Program-made: the position numbers and the translations under genes
Assembly: GCA_000004695.1 (NCBI GenBank)
Contig: CM000151.3
Coordinates: forward strand, 6,144,001-6,208,000
Direction of reading: 5' to 3'
Length of the DNA stretch: 64,000 bases
Source of the DNA: Dictyostelium discoideum
Taxonomy: Eukaryota
The notes under the pieces: model-generated
What the model saw: the letters and a program-made list of their open reading frames with translations, nothing else
Database searches by the model: none
Told to the model about the DNA's origin: nothing
Shown here: one piece after another, positions 14,412-33,610 of the stretch
Numbering within the stretch: position 1 is the first letter of the stretch
Layout of the letters: every line of letters starts with the position of its first letter

Positions 14412-17400
14412 TTAATTTTTTTTAATTTTATTTTTATTAAAATTTAATTTATTATTAGATTCTAATTCAAATAAAATTGATTTTGATCTTTCTAAGACCG
14501 AATTTGGTATACCCGCCATTTTTGCACAAAAAATACCATAAGATTTATTTGACATTCCAGGTACGATTTTATGAGTGAACAAGATTTCATCTTCATCCTC
14601 TTGAATTGCTAAACAATAACATTTTATATGAGGTGTTTCATCTAAATTTTTAGTTAGTTCATGATAATGAGTTGCAAAGAGAGTTCTACATCTGTTAACT
14701 TGATTAAGATATTCCACTACAGATTGAGCAATTGAAATACCATCCAAAGTACTTGTACCACGACCTACTTCATCCATAATTACGAAAGATCTATTAGTAG
14801 CCTTCTTTAGAATTGAAGCTGTTTCAACCATCTCAACCATAAATGTTGATTTATCATTTGAAAGATCATCTGAAGAACCCACTCTACTAAATATAGCATC
14901 AACAATACCGATTTTAGCATAAGAAGCAGGTACGAATGAACCCATTTGAGCCATTAAAATGATTAAAGCATTTTGACGTAAAAATGTACTCTTTCCACCC
15001 ATATTAGGACCTGTAATTAACCAAAGATTTGCATCATCAATACCTTTATTCAATTGTAAATCATTACCAATAAATTCAGTTGTTGAATTTTCAACTGTTG
15101 GATGTCTACCATCTTTAATATCTAAAATTAATCGATCATTATCATTATTATCATTATCAACAACAATATTATTATTATTGTTATTATTATTATTAACTAA
15201 AATTGGTTTAATATATCTTCTTTGTTTTGAAATTTTAGCTAAACTTGTTGAAATATCTAAATTTGCAATTACTGAACTAACTTGTTTAATTTCATTACTA
15301 TATTTACAAACTAAATCAACCAATACATAATAAAGTTGAATTTCATATTCTAAAACCTTTGAAGCCGCTCTATTAATTTCATCTTCTAATATGATTAAAT
15401 CACTTGATTTAAATCTCATTACAGAGAGTAGAGTTTGAATATGAATGAAATTCAAAGGTATTTTATCACGATCAGATGATGAGATTTCAATGTAATAACC
15501 AATGATTGAATTTTTATTTACTTTAAGTTTTGGTATCTTTAATTTGTTTCTATAGGTTTCTCTAAATTCATTGATTAAAGCATCACTATTTCTTGAGATT
15601 AATTTATATCTATCCAATTCTTTCGAATAACCTTCCTTAATGAAACCACCATCATTTACACTAATCGAAGGTGGTGAATCAATCAATGCAGCCGAAAGGT
15701 GGTTCAATAATGGTGTTAAATGGGTTTGTTGAATTTTCAATAATAATTGATTAATCGATTCAGTTTGCTCATTGATTTTCATAGTTAAAAGTTTTGATTG
15801 TAATGATTCTTTTAAATGGAAAATCGATTGTAATGTACTGCCAATGGTATGTAAATCTCTTGGTCCTGATTTATTAATTTTTAAACGTTGAATACATCTT
15901 TCAATATCTGAACCAGCATTTAAAAAACTTCTAACTTCATTTGTCAACTCCATATTATTATAAAAGAATTCCAATTGATTCAATCTTGAATTGATTTCTT
16001 TCAATTCTAAACTTGGTGATTGAATTCTTGAGAATAATAATCTACCACCTTGTGGTGTTATAGTTTTATCAATACTTTCTAATAAACTACCTTTCTTATC
16101 ACCTTGATATGTTTTTGTAATTTCTAATGATTGCATTGTTGAATAATCAATAAACATTGAATTATGTGAATCAATTCTTTTTGGTAAATTTAATGAAAAT
16201 AATGGATTACTACTATTATCATTATTATTGCCAATACCAATATTTGTTTTAATTATATAACTTAAAATTGAACCTGCACTATTTAATTCATCATTTGAAA
16301 ATTCATTTTCAAAATATTCATTATTAATTTCATTATTATTATTATTATTAAATGCTTCATTAAAAATTTTAAAAGTTTTCTTTTTATAATTAAAACTTTT
16401 TAAATCATTTTCCATTGAAACATTATATGGTTTTAATATTTTTGAAATTTGTTGATTATAATTTAATGATGCTGGTATTAATATTTCTTTTGGTTGAATT
16501 CTATTTAATTCTGATGATAGATTTTCTAATGTTGATGAAGATATAAAGAAATCACCTGTACTAATATCTAACCATGATATTGAAAATTGTGAACTTGCTG
16601 AAAATTTTGTATTACTAATATTATTACTAATATTATTATTATTATTACTATTACTATTACTATTATTATTATTACTACTATCATCAGCAACCATTAAATA
16701 ATCATTAAGTTCAAATCCATTAGGTAAGATTGAACATAGATAATTACTATTGGATGTTAAATATCTATCTTCATATAAAGTACCAGGTGTAATGATTCTA
16801 ACGATTTGTCTATTTATAATTCTTCTACCTTCTTTTGCTTCATTAGAATCCTCAACTTGATCACAAATTGCTACTGATTTACCAAGTTTAACTAATTTAG
16901 CAATATGAATCTCTGCTGAATGTGATGGTACTCCACACATTGGTATCTCTCTATTTCTATTTTTACCTTGTTTTCTTGATGTTAACTTTTTTGGATTTTA
17001 ATTGATATATAAATATATGTATTAATAATTAATTTATAAAATCATGTAAATTGATTATTGATAATTATATACATACTGTTATACCTAATAAATTTGAAGC
17101 AATTTTTGCATCTTCATCAAACATTTCATAAAAATCGCCTAATCTAAAGAAAAGTATTTCATTTGGGTATTTCTTTTTAAATCCACTATATTGTTCCATT
17201 ACTTTTGTTGTTCCTTTAGCACTACTTAATCTTTTTCCTATTTTATCTTCTTCTTCTTCTTCCTCATCATCTTCATCCTCTTCTTCTATTGTATTATGAT
17301 TATCATCTTTATATTTTAGTTGTTTTGATGATTTGCTTAAATTTTTCCCAATTTTATCTTCTTTTTCTTCTTTTTCTTTTAATGTATTATTAACAATATT

Positions 17401-17748
17401 TTTACTTTTGATATTTTTAGTTGATGATCTACTTAATCTTTTTCCTATGTTATCTTCCTCTTCTTCTTCTTCTTCTTCTCCCTCTCCTTCTTCTTCCTCC
17501 TCTTCCTCTTCTTTAAATTTATTATTTTTTTGATCAACTGTTGATTTATCTTTATTTACATCAAAAACTTCTATTGGCTCATTTTTTTTTTTATTTATAA
17601 CTTTATATTTTGTGGTGGTTGAAAATGAATTTATATGTTGTGGTGGTTGTTGTCGTGAATATGATGTTAGATAAGTTGTTGATTGATTTATTAAAAAAAT
17701 ATTTCTATTTTTTGTGCAACTTTTACTAAATTTAACTATGCTATTCAT
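14412..17748 (-). CDS. DNA mismatch-repair MutS homolog, bacterial/mitochondrial type (MSH1-like), 1081 aa, 2 exons
   Basis: Exons on the minus strand are 17748..17077 and 16985..14412. The intron 16986..17076 has a GTATGT donor and an AAAAAAG acceptor. Domain I reads FRLGDFYEMFDEDAKIASNLLGIT | LTSRKQGKNRNREIPMCGVPSHSAEIHIAKLVKLGKSVAICDQ and aligns residue-for-residue to E. coli MutS across the splice. Other conserved elements are Walker A GPNMGGKST, DEVGRGTS, FATHYHEL and a C-terminal HTH. The N-terminus looks presequence-like and carries three acidic repeats, which suggests a mitochondrial Msh1. Confidence 0.85.
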
Positions 17749-17961
17749 CGAAGTGCGAGGGGGGTCAAGGCAATGAATTTTTTTTTATTTTTTTTTTATT
17801 TTTTATATTTCTTTAATTTTAATTTTTTTTTTAAAAAAATCAAAAAAAAAAAAAAAAAAATATTAAAGAAATATAAAAAATAATAAAAAATTGCCAATTA
17901 ATTTTAAATCTGGAAAATAATGTTATAAACTAAATTATTGTCAGTTTTTTTAGAATATATT

Positions 17962-17985
17962 GTGGGATTCGAACCAGCGATGTTA
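17962..17985 (-). promoter_or_regulatory. external B box (GGTTCGAATCC) ~35 bp downstream of tRNA-Val
   Basis: The plus strand reads gggattcgaacc; its reverse complement is GGTTCGAATCCC. Dictyostelium tRNA genes commonly carry a downstream extra B box. Confidence 0.45.
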
Positions 17986-18013
17986 TAAATCAAGCACAAA
18001 AAAATGTTAGTTG

Positions 18014-18087
18014 TATTCAGAGCGGGAATCGAACCCACGACCTAATCCGTGTTAAGGATTCGTGATAACCGACTACACCATCCGAAC
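18014..18087 (-). tRNA. tRNA-Val (anticodon AAC)
   Basis: The reverse complement folds as a cloverleaf: acceptor GTTCGGA/TCTGAAT with two G-U pairs, D-arm GTGTAGTCGGTTATCAC, anticodon stem AATCC/GGATT with loop TTAACAC, and T-arm GTGGGTTCGATTCCCGC. Confidence 0.8.
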
Positions 18088-19868
18088 TAATCGATATTTA
18101 TGAAAAATAAATAGCTCCTACCCATTTTTAAATAAAATAAATAAAATGAAAAATAAAATTTCATTCTTCAAAAAAGAATAAGAATTAATAGAATATTATA
18201 TTTTATTTATAAAAAATCAACCTAAATTAAATTGATTTTAATAATATAAAGTAAAAATAACTTCTATTCTATCAAATATAAATTAAACAAAAGTTCCAAA
18301 TAAATAAAAAAAATAAAAAATTGTATTAAGATAAATATTTTTTTTAATTTTTTTATTTTATTTTAGTTTAGTTTATGGTCGGCCCTTTATAATAAATAAG
18401 TTTTTTATTTTGTAATTTTTTAATTCTTTTGCCTATTTTTAATAGTTTACAAAGTTTGGTCTTGTAAAGAAAGTTGTTGAAGTTAAATTAGAAACTGAAT
18501 TACATGAGAAATTAATTGAATTTAAATTAGAATCATTTGAAACTAATGATTTTGATATGACATTTAATGATTTATTTGATAAAGAAATAATTGATTCTAT
18601 AGAAATTAAAAAAAAAAATAATAATAATATTAATAATTAGAAATTTGTTTTTTAAAATTTTTTTTTATTTTTTTTATTTGGGATACTTACTGAATACCCT
18701 TTTTTTTTTAGTTTTTAATTTAATATTATACTAATATTTGAATAACCCATTGATTTTATAATTGATTGAATTAAAAAAAAAAAAAAAATTCTATTTATAC
18801 TTTTTTTTTTAAATTTTATTTTTTTTTTTAATTTCCAACACTAAAATTACCCCTGGTTAACCACTACTTAATTCTTATGAATAAAAGATATTTTTTGTAA
18901 AGTTTATATGTTGACATATAATATTAAAATAAATTTAAACCAAGGTGTATGATATCAACAATTAAAAGATAATGATTTTATTATCTGGTAAAATAAAATA
19001 AAAAAAATTTTTTTTTACTTTTTTTTTTTTTTTTTATAATTTGTATGATTCGAACATTATTGTTTATCACCTCAACAATTAAATTTATCACATTATATCC
19101 TCAATTATTAAATTTTTTGAGAGTATGAAATGTTAAATTTGATTTTTTATGGGTTAAAAATGAAAATTTGTGTCTTTGGAGATCTCCAATAATTAATATT
19201 GAGATTTTATTAAAAAAAACAATAATTATTATTTTTTCATTCACATTTTAAATATAATAAATCACCCAATTCCAAAACAATTTCAATGAGGTTTTAATAT
19301 GATATTTAATATTATTTTTTTTATTCTTTTTAAATGTTAATAATATTAAATTTTTTATTTTTTAAAAAAAAAAACTTAATATTATTAACATTGAAAGAAT
19401 AAAAAAAATAATATAAAATAATATAAACCCTTTTCTAAAATATATTTTGCATTTTAAAATGGAACAACTTTTTATTTAATTAAATGATTGAACTTTCATA
19501 TATTAAAATTTCAATTTATAATTTCAATTTTACCTTGGTATTCTATCGAGTTACTTACTTTTTCTTTTATTAAATCAATTGAATTTGCATAAAGAATATT
19601 ATTTATAAAACTTTTTTTTTAAAAAAAATAAAAAAAAGAAAAAAAGAAAAAATATTATACTATGGTAATTTGTTTTTATTTTATTTATTTTAATATTTTA
19701 TCAAAAGATAAAAACATAAATCTAATATATGCTAATAACATGTACTATTTGATTATTTAAAAGGTAGTGTTTATGTCGACAACATAATTTATAATATCAC
19801 ACATTGTTTATTATAAAAAATAAATTAAATTTAAAAAATTAAAAAATTAAAAAAAAAATAAATAAAAA

Positions 19869-19903
<35 letters not shown>

Positions 19904-20175
19904 TTGTGTTTTGTTTTTTAAAAATTCCATCTAGATTTCTTTTTTTTTTCACACAAATTTTAAAAAAAATTAAAAGAATTTACAATGAAATCATCAATAC
20001 TACTTCCATACATTTAAATAAATTTATTATATAATCTAAAACAATTAGTATAAATAGTTTTTTTTTTTTTAAAAAAATTTCAATTCATTAATCAAAACAC
20101 AAAAAATAAATATAAATACAAAAGCAACAACAATAATAGTATTAAAAATAATATAATATAATATAATTAATTAAA

Positions 20176-20778
20176 ATGGCAACAATCTTTGATATTTTGA
20201 AAACATTAAATAATAATAATAATAATATAAATAATAATAAGATTGAAAGTTGTAAACGACAATACACAGTTAATAAAAGAATTGATATAATACCATCAAT
20301 GGATGTAACCATGACAAATGATAAATTAATCATTGAAACAGAACTACCAGGTGTTTCAAAGAATGATATCGATATTAATATTAAAGATTCAATTCTCATC
20401 ATTCAAGGTGAAAAGAAAAATAACATAATCAAACTACAACAACAACAACAACAACAAAGTGAAAAATCATCTCAATCTACAAACAATAAAGATGATGATG
20501 AACCATCAATTGAAGAATATGAAGATGATACTAAATTAAAGTCAAATTTAAATAAAAATACTGAAAATAAGGATGAAAATAAAACAACAAGTTCAATAAC
20601 CAATAAAAAGTTTATATCAGAAAGATCATTTGGCAATTTTAAGAGATATTTAAATCTTTCAGAAATATTATACCAATTAGATTTAAATTCAATCAATACT
20701 CAATTTGAAAATGGTTTATTAACAATTACAATTAATAAGAAATCTGATAATTTTCAAATAAAATTAAAATCAATATAA
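20176..20778 (+). CDS. small heat-shock protein (alpha-crystallin/HSP20 domain), 200 aa
   Basis: A single exon. The alpha-crystallin core reads [40 protein letters not shown] ... [15 protein letters not shown] ... [10 protein letters not shown] poly-N/Q linker sits between the two parts. Confidence 0.75.
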   Translation: MATIFDILKTLNNNNNNINNNKIESCKRQYTVNKRIDIIPSMDVTMTNDKLIIETELPGVSKNDIDINIKDSILIIQGEKKNNIIKLQQQQQQQSEKSSQSTNNKDDDEPSIEEYEDDTKLKSNLNKNTENKDENKTTSSITNKKFISERSFGNFKRYLNLSEILYQLDLNSINTQFENGLLTITINKKSDNFQIKLKSI

Positions 20779-20853
20779 ATTACCTTTTCTCATTACTATT
20801 TAAAAATTTGTAAATAATAAAAATCATTCTATTTTAAAAATATCTTTTTTTTA

Positions 20854-20899
<46 letters not shown>

Positions 20900-21065
20900 A
20901 TTATTTAATAATGAAGATGAGAAATATTATTTTTGATTTCGAAATAAAAATAAATAAAAAAAGAAAATTTAGGGTGGTATGGATAAAATAAAAAAAAGTT
21001 TTTATTTAATTAAATTTATTTGAATTTTTATTGTATTTTTTAATTTAAATTTTAAAAAAGAAAAT

Positions 21066-21251
21066 TTAAAATTTTCTACATGGTGGACGTTGATGACATG
21101 GTGGTGGTGGTGGATGACAAACTGGATTTGGATGGCAACCTCCTTTTCCCCATGTTGTTCTTGGTGGTGGTCCTCCACAGTGACTTATTTGATTATCAGA
21201 GAAATCAGTGCCATTTGATCCTGAATTTGAAATTGAAGAATCATTTGACAT
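21066..21251 (-). CDS. small Cys/Pro/His-rich hypothetical protein (61 aa; the 5' end may extend or be spliced)
   Basis: ORF ...HCGGPPPRTTWGKGGCHPNPVCHPPPPPCHQRPPCRKF uses Dictyostelium-preferred codons (CCA, TGT, GGT). The frame stays open upstream of the ATG. Confidence 0.3.
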   Translation of the reverse strand: MSNDSSISNSGSNGTDFSDNQISHCGGPPPRTTWGKGGCHPNPVCHPPPPPCHQRPPCRKF

Positions 21252-21935
21252 GTTTAAACTATTACCAAACTTTGTAATTGAATCTAGTTGAAGAAAAAAA
21301 AAATATAAAAATATAAAAAAAATAAAAAATTGTTTAATAAATATTATTATAATAATAACTAAGTAAAAAAAATAAAATTTTTTGTTATACCAATAATTGT
21401 CATTTTTTGTTTCTTTAATTTTTTTTAAAAAACTATTTATTTTTTTTACATTTTATATTTCAATAAATTTATGTATTGCATTTTACTTTTTTGTTTTTTT
21501 GAAAAATAATTAAAAAAAAAATAAAAAAATTAATTTAACTATGGAAAACCCATTCCCAACTTATTTTGAAAAAAATAAATGTATTAAATTTATTTGAATT
21601 AAAACACCAATTTTTAATTAAGAATTATATTATAAAACTCAATTTCTATAAGAGTTGTTATCTTTTTTTTTTTTTTTTTTTTTTTTTTTTATTTAATCTA
21701 AACTGAACCACATTCTTAACAATATTTAAATTTTGGTTCTATTCAATTTAGTTTTAGTGTAATTAAAAAAATTTTAAAAAAACATATTTGAATACTTGGA
21801 TATATTTTAAAAGAGTTTGCCAATCAATTTATTTACAATTTTTTTTTTTTTTTAAAGATGCCAAACCCATAACCGAGTTACAGGTATGGAAATTGGACAA
21901 CTTTATTCGCGAACTTTATTATGATTTTTTTTTTT

Positions 21936-27999
<6,064 letters not shown>

Positions 28000-28801
28000 T
28001 GTGATTTTTTTATTTTTTTAATATAAATATTGCTTGGCTTTAGTTTTTGATTTAATTATTTATTTTTTTTTATTTTTTTTTTAAAATAAATATTTTTTTT
28101 TATTTATTTTTATTTATTTATTTTTTTTTTTTTATTATTATTATATTAATATATTATTACTATTTTATTATTTATAAATTGTATGATGGTTTGGCTAATT
28201 GTTTGAATTAGTTTGAAAAATTTTTACTATTATTACAAAAAGGTTTTTATGGTTTTTTTTGGTTTTTTGGTTTTTTTTTGGTTTTTTTTTTTTTAAATAT
28301 AATAATAAAAAAAAAAAAAGTACAAAAAAAAAATTAACTTTTATTAATGTAATTGATTCTTTCTTAGTTTATCTGTTGTTTCATAGTTTGATGAATTGTG
28401 TTATTGTTTTTTTTTTGTTTAACTTTTTTTTTAAAAAAAAAATAAAAAATAAAAATAAAAAAAAATAAAAAAATATAAAAAAAAAATAAAATTAGTTTTG
28501 GGTGGTGGAAAACGTGATTATAAAAAAAAAAAAAAATTGAAAAAAAAAAGTTAAAATCCACATAAAAAATCTGTAAAAAAATCGAGATACAAAATTTTTA
28601 GCACCGAAAAAAATAAATAATATTATTTTAATTAAAATATAAAAAAAAAAAGAAAAAATAAAAAAAATGGAAAAATAAAAAAAATAAAACATAAAAAAAA
28701 AAACAAATAAAAAAAAAAACTATTAAGATAAAAAAAAGAGTGATATAAGGCCATACATACTTATATGCAAAGAATCCAAACTTTAAAATGAACACAAATT
28801 C

Positions 28802-28837
<36 letters not shown>

Positions 28838-29230
28838 AAAAACAAAATAGAAAAAAAAAAAAAAAAAAAAAATAGAAAAAAAAAAAAAAAAAAAAAATAA
28901 AATCTAATGGGGTTTGTCCAATGAACGACAAATCACAAAAAATTAAAAATTAAAAAAAAAAAAAAAATTTTGATTTATTGTTTTGAATCACAATAATAAA
29001 ACGTTTTATTTATAAATTTTTTCTTTATGTTATGTTTTTTTTTTAATCTTTTTTTTTTTTTATTTAATATAATTTTAATCATATTTTGATTACTGTTTTT
29101 TTTATTTTTTTTTTGCGAAAATAATATTACTTACACACAATTTTTTTTATCGCGTAAGCCTTTTTTAAAACAAAAGATTTTTATTTTTTTTATTTTTTAT
29201 TTTTTATTTTTTATTATTTTTCAAATTTCC

Positions 29231-29285
<55 letters not shown>

Positions 29286-29341
29286 AAAAAAAAAAAAATT
29301 TTTAATCAAAACAAAACACCACAAACTACAAATTGTCATTG

Positions 29342-30300
29342 CTCCTTCAATATGTCCTTTTTTAGCAAACTTTCCAAAAGTAAAGTGTAGAATTGTTTTA
29401 ATTTTTTAATTTTTTTCTTTGTTTAAAAATCCAAATAATTAATAAACTTATAAAAAAAAAAAAAAAAAAAAACGAGTAGAGTCATTAATATTTTAAACAA
29501 TAAAAAATAAAAAAAAAAAAAAAAATAATAAAAAAAGTGTTTAACCCATTTGGGGGTGCTATTGATTATAAAGAAGTTGTATTATTTTCATTTAGACAAC
29601 AACAAAAATTAGATAAATGGAGAATAGTTACAGATCAAGAAGTTGGTGGATTCACAACAGCAGCATTTAAATTTAATCCATCAGATCAATTTGCAGAGTT
29701 TTCAGGTATCATATCAAAGAAATTACCAACAAATAATAGTAGAATTAAATCAACTGGTTATGCTGGTGTATTTGGTGTATGTATCTTCATTTTTTATTTT
29801 TCACCCCCCTCCCCCCTATTCAATAATTAAAAAATAAAAATAATTCATTGACTAACCACACACATTTTTTATTTTTTATATTTTTTTTATTTTATTTTTA
29901 GAAAATTGATCTTTCAGATTATGATTTAAATACATTTAATAGAATTTCAGTTAGAGTAAAATCAGATAAAAGAACTTATTCAATAGCATTATTAAAGAGT
30001 TGTGAAAAACAAACAATGTATAAATCAATATTTGCAACAACACCAAACCAATGGGAAACTGTTGAAGTACCTTTGAATGAATTTTTCAAAGTTCATAAAG
30101 GTGTTGTTGAAATGGATTTATCTAAAATAGAAACCAAAGGTATTGATTCAATTGGTTTCGTTCAAACTGATAAAGCAGAAGGTGAATTTAATTTAAAAAT
30201 TGAATATATTAAATTAATACAATCACAATCAACTTTAAATTCTTTAGATTCTAGAATGATTTCTTCAACTGGTCGTATAATTTATCCACCATCAGTTTAA
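29342..30300 (+). CDS. CIA30/NDUFAF1-family protein (complex I intermediate-associated protein 30-like), 221 aa, 3 exons
   Basis: Exons are 29342..29369 (MSFFSKLSK), 29538..29776 and 29902..30300. Introns have GTAAAG...AG and GTATGT...TTTTTAG boundaries. Exon 2 carries the CIA30 signature W-R-I-V-T-D-Q-E-V-G-G. Confidence 0.75.
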
Positions 30301-30683
30301 AAAAAAACAAATAAAATAAAATATAAATTTTTTCTTAGATTTTGAATTTTTGGATTTTTTTTTAAAATTTTTCTGGTTAAAAAAAAAAAAAAAAATAAAA
30401 TAAAATAAAAATAAAATTTTTAATAATGGAAAAAAAAAAAAATTAATAAAGTTGGTGGTAGTATGACTGGAGTTAATTAAATATACTTACATTTGTAATA
30501 AAAGATAATCATTAGATTTAGTGAACCACACCTTTTAACCGACATTCACCAAATTTGTATTTTTTTTTTAAATTCACATATTTTATAAAATTAATAAAAA
30601 CAAAACAAAAAAAAAAAAAGAAAAAAAAATAAAATAAAAATAAAAATAAAAAAATAATTAAAAAAAAAATGATCAAAAATTTT

Positions 30684-30719
<36 letters not shown>

Positions 30720-31094
30720 AAAAAAAAACCCCCCACACTAAATTTTAAATTTAATTTGGCCCCCCTTAAAAAAAAATTTAAAAAAAAAAAAACATTAAAT
30801 AAATAAATAAAATTTTTAAAATTATTATTAAATCCCTTTTTTTTTTTTTTTTTTTTTTTTTGGGGAAAAAAAAATTTTGGGGGTTGGGGATTATAAAAAA
30901 AATTTCCAAAATAATTGGTTCCCTTTTAAATTTTTAAAAGGGGTTTTCTTTTTTTCTTTTTTTTTTTTTTTTTTTCTTAATATATATTTAATATATTATG
31001 TTTAACTGCTAAATTCACCATTAAAACTACCATTTACTTTTTATTTTTTGTTATCCAAAAAAATAAAAGAAAAAAAAAAAAAAAAAAAAAAAAA

Positions 31095-31125
<31 letters not shown>

Positions 31126-31232
31126 TAAAAAAAACATATAAAAAAAAAAAAAAAATAAAAAGATAATAAAAACATTTTAATAAAAAAAATAATAAAAAAA
31201 TAGAAAAATTGTTATAGAAAATCACAGGTAAA

Positions 31233-31342
31233 ATGAGTACCGTGACACCAACAACTATACCAACGACAACAACGACAACAACAAGATCAACATCACCATC
31301 TACAACAGGAGGGACGGGAGCAGTATCAAACTCTACACCAAC

Positions 31343-31376
<34 letters not shown>

Positions 31377-32771
31377 ACACCCTCGGTTGGAACACAAAAA
31401 TCTAATTTATCATCATCACTGAAAGGAGTTCCAATTTCACCTACTCCAACATCGCCATTACCAACACAAATTTTATCACCATCATCTCTATCATCATCTT
31501 CATCATCGACATTTTCATCATCATCATCATCAAAATGTACCAAAATATTTGTTGGAGGCATATCATGGAAGGTAACTAATTTTTTTTTTTTTTTTTTTTT
31601 CCCAATTAATTATTCCATTTTTTTTTTTTTTTTTTTTTTAATTTTGGTAGGTTTAATTAAAAAAAAAAAAAAAAAGTGCTAATTTCTTTTTTTTTTTTTT
31701 TTTTAAATAAATAAATAAAAAAATATAGGCAGATGAGAATACATTAAAAACTTATTTTTTACAATTTGGAAATGTTTTAGAATGTAAAATTATAATGGAC
31801 TATAATACAAATAAATCAAAAGGATATGGTTTCATCACTTTTGAGAATGAAGATTCAATTGAAAAAGTTAGGACTTCAAATCTACTATTCATGGGTAAAA
31901 ATGTAAAATTTCTTTTTAATAGAAACTTTTATTATTTTTTTAAATTTCCTAATTTTTTGGGAAATAATATTATTTTACTAATTTTCCACTTTTTTTTTTT
32001 TTTTTCTTTTTTTTTTAATAAAGATGAATATCGGAGATCCAGTTAGAAAACATAATGGTAGTATTGGTTCAAATAATTTATTTAATGGTGTTTCAATGAG
32101 TAATGGTTATATTGGTAATGGTGGTATTATGAATGGAAATAATGGTATTAATTATAATGGTCATCAACAAAAGTTACATCATCATCATCCACATGGTCAA
32201 ATTATTTATGATCCACAACAATCACCATCACAAACACAACAACAACAACTTCACCACCTTCATCATCATGGACCTAATAGTGGTGGTAATTCACCGATTT
32301 CCACATCTCTTCCATCTTCGACATCTTCAACTCCAAATATAATTTCTGCTCATCATTATGGAAATTCAAATGGAAATTTAAATAAAGTAATGTCATCATT
32401 TAGTTCATTTAATATTAGTGATAATTCTTCAATAAATAACAATAATAATAATAATGGTAATGGTAATGAAAGACAAAGTGCAAATAATACTACTATTGGT
32501 GGTGGTGGTGGAAATAATCACAATGGTGTGAATAGTGAAAATGGTAGAATACTTTCAAGAAATAACCATAACCATAATAATAGCAATCATATTAGTCATA
32601 GTCATAATAATCATAACCATAATCATACTCATCATAATCATAGCAATGTTGGGATTGGTGGTGGTGGTAGTGGTAGTGTTAGTGGGAACATTCACAATCC
32701 AAATTTATTAATTGAACAGCAACAGCAACAACAACAACATCTACAGTTACAGCAACAACAGCAACAACAGC

Positions 32772-32811
<40 letters not shown>

Positions 32812-33208
32812 TCCATATACTCAACAACATATGATGAATGGTGGTATTCAATATTATTATCCTAGTCCATATGGTGAGCCATTTTATCAAACTCATCCTC
32901 ATCACCCATCTTATCAAATTTCATACCAAAATGGGCCCCCAATGAATACTCATCATCCTCATATCCCACATCACCCACACCATCCTCATCAACTTCCACA
33001 ACATCCATCACATCAGCATATGCATCATCCACAACACCCACATCATCCATCACATCATAATGGTAATGATATAATTAATGGAGTTGGTGGTGGTGGAGTT
33101 TCAACCAATGTTGGATTAAGTGGTAGTGGTGGAATTGATAATGAAATTGACTTAATTCAACAACAACAGCAACAACAACAACATCAACAACATCAACAAT
33201 CACATCAG

Positions 33209-33239
<31 letters not shown>

Positions 33240-33610
33240 CAATACTTCAACATTCAACTTATTTTAATACATCACCACAACCATATATCGGAGGACATCA
33301 TCAATATTATTCTTCAATGTCTCAAGCACCACCATCAATTCCACCACCACATTCATTATCTGGTCAAAATAATCAACCTCAAATTGGCTTTGATTCTTAT
33401 TCTCACCATCATCATCATCATCATTATCAACCATCATCACTAGCTAAAGAAAATGTTAAAACTAACAACAATAGTAGTAGTGGTGGTAGTAGTAGTGGTA
33501 ACAACACCAATAATAACAATAGTAATGCTGGTGGTGTCACAAGTAGTAACAGCAATAGTAATACTAAAAACAACCTAAGCAACAGTGGGAATCAAATTTA
33601 CTTTCGTTAA
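31233..33610 (+). CDS. single-RRM RNA-binding protein (hnRNP/Musashi/DAZ-like RRM) with a long His/Gln/Asn-rich tail, 699 aa, 3 exons
   Basis: Exons are 31233..31571, 31729..31902 and 32024..33610. The RRM spans introns 1 and 2: RNP2 KIFVGGISWK | ADENTLKTYFLQFGNVLECKIIMDYNTNKSKGYGFITFENEDSIEKV (RNP1 KGYGFITF) ...LLFMGKN | MNIGDPVRKHN. The last segment resembles the DAZ/Boule post-RRM motif GKKLKLGPAIRKQ. The N-terminus is poly-Thr/Ser. Confidence 0.75.

Noticed and set aside
18470-18640. Stop-free 70-codon frame (TKFGLVKKVVEVKLETELHEKLIEF...) following a TTTTAATAG acceptor-like site
   Set aside because: It has no start codon and no convincing upstream exon, and it is too short to assign. It could be a terminal exon of an unannotated gene, but I cannot support it.
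21080-21277. Plus-strand ORF 21080..21277 (MVDVDDMVVVVDDKLDLDGN...)
   Set aside because: It is antisense to the better-supported Cys/Pro-rich minus-strand ORF. Its Val/Asp-rich composition comes from complementing CCA/ATC codons.
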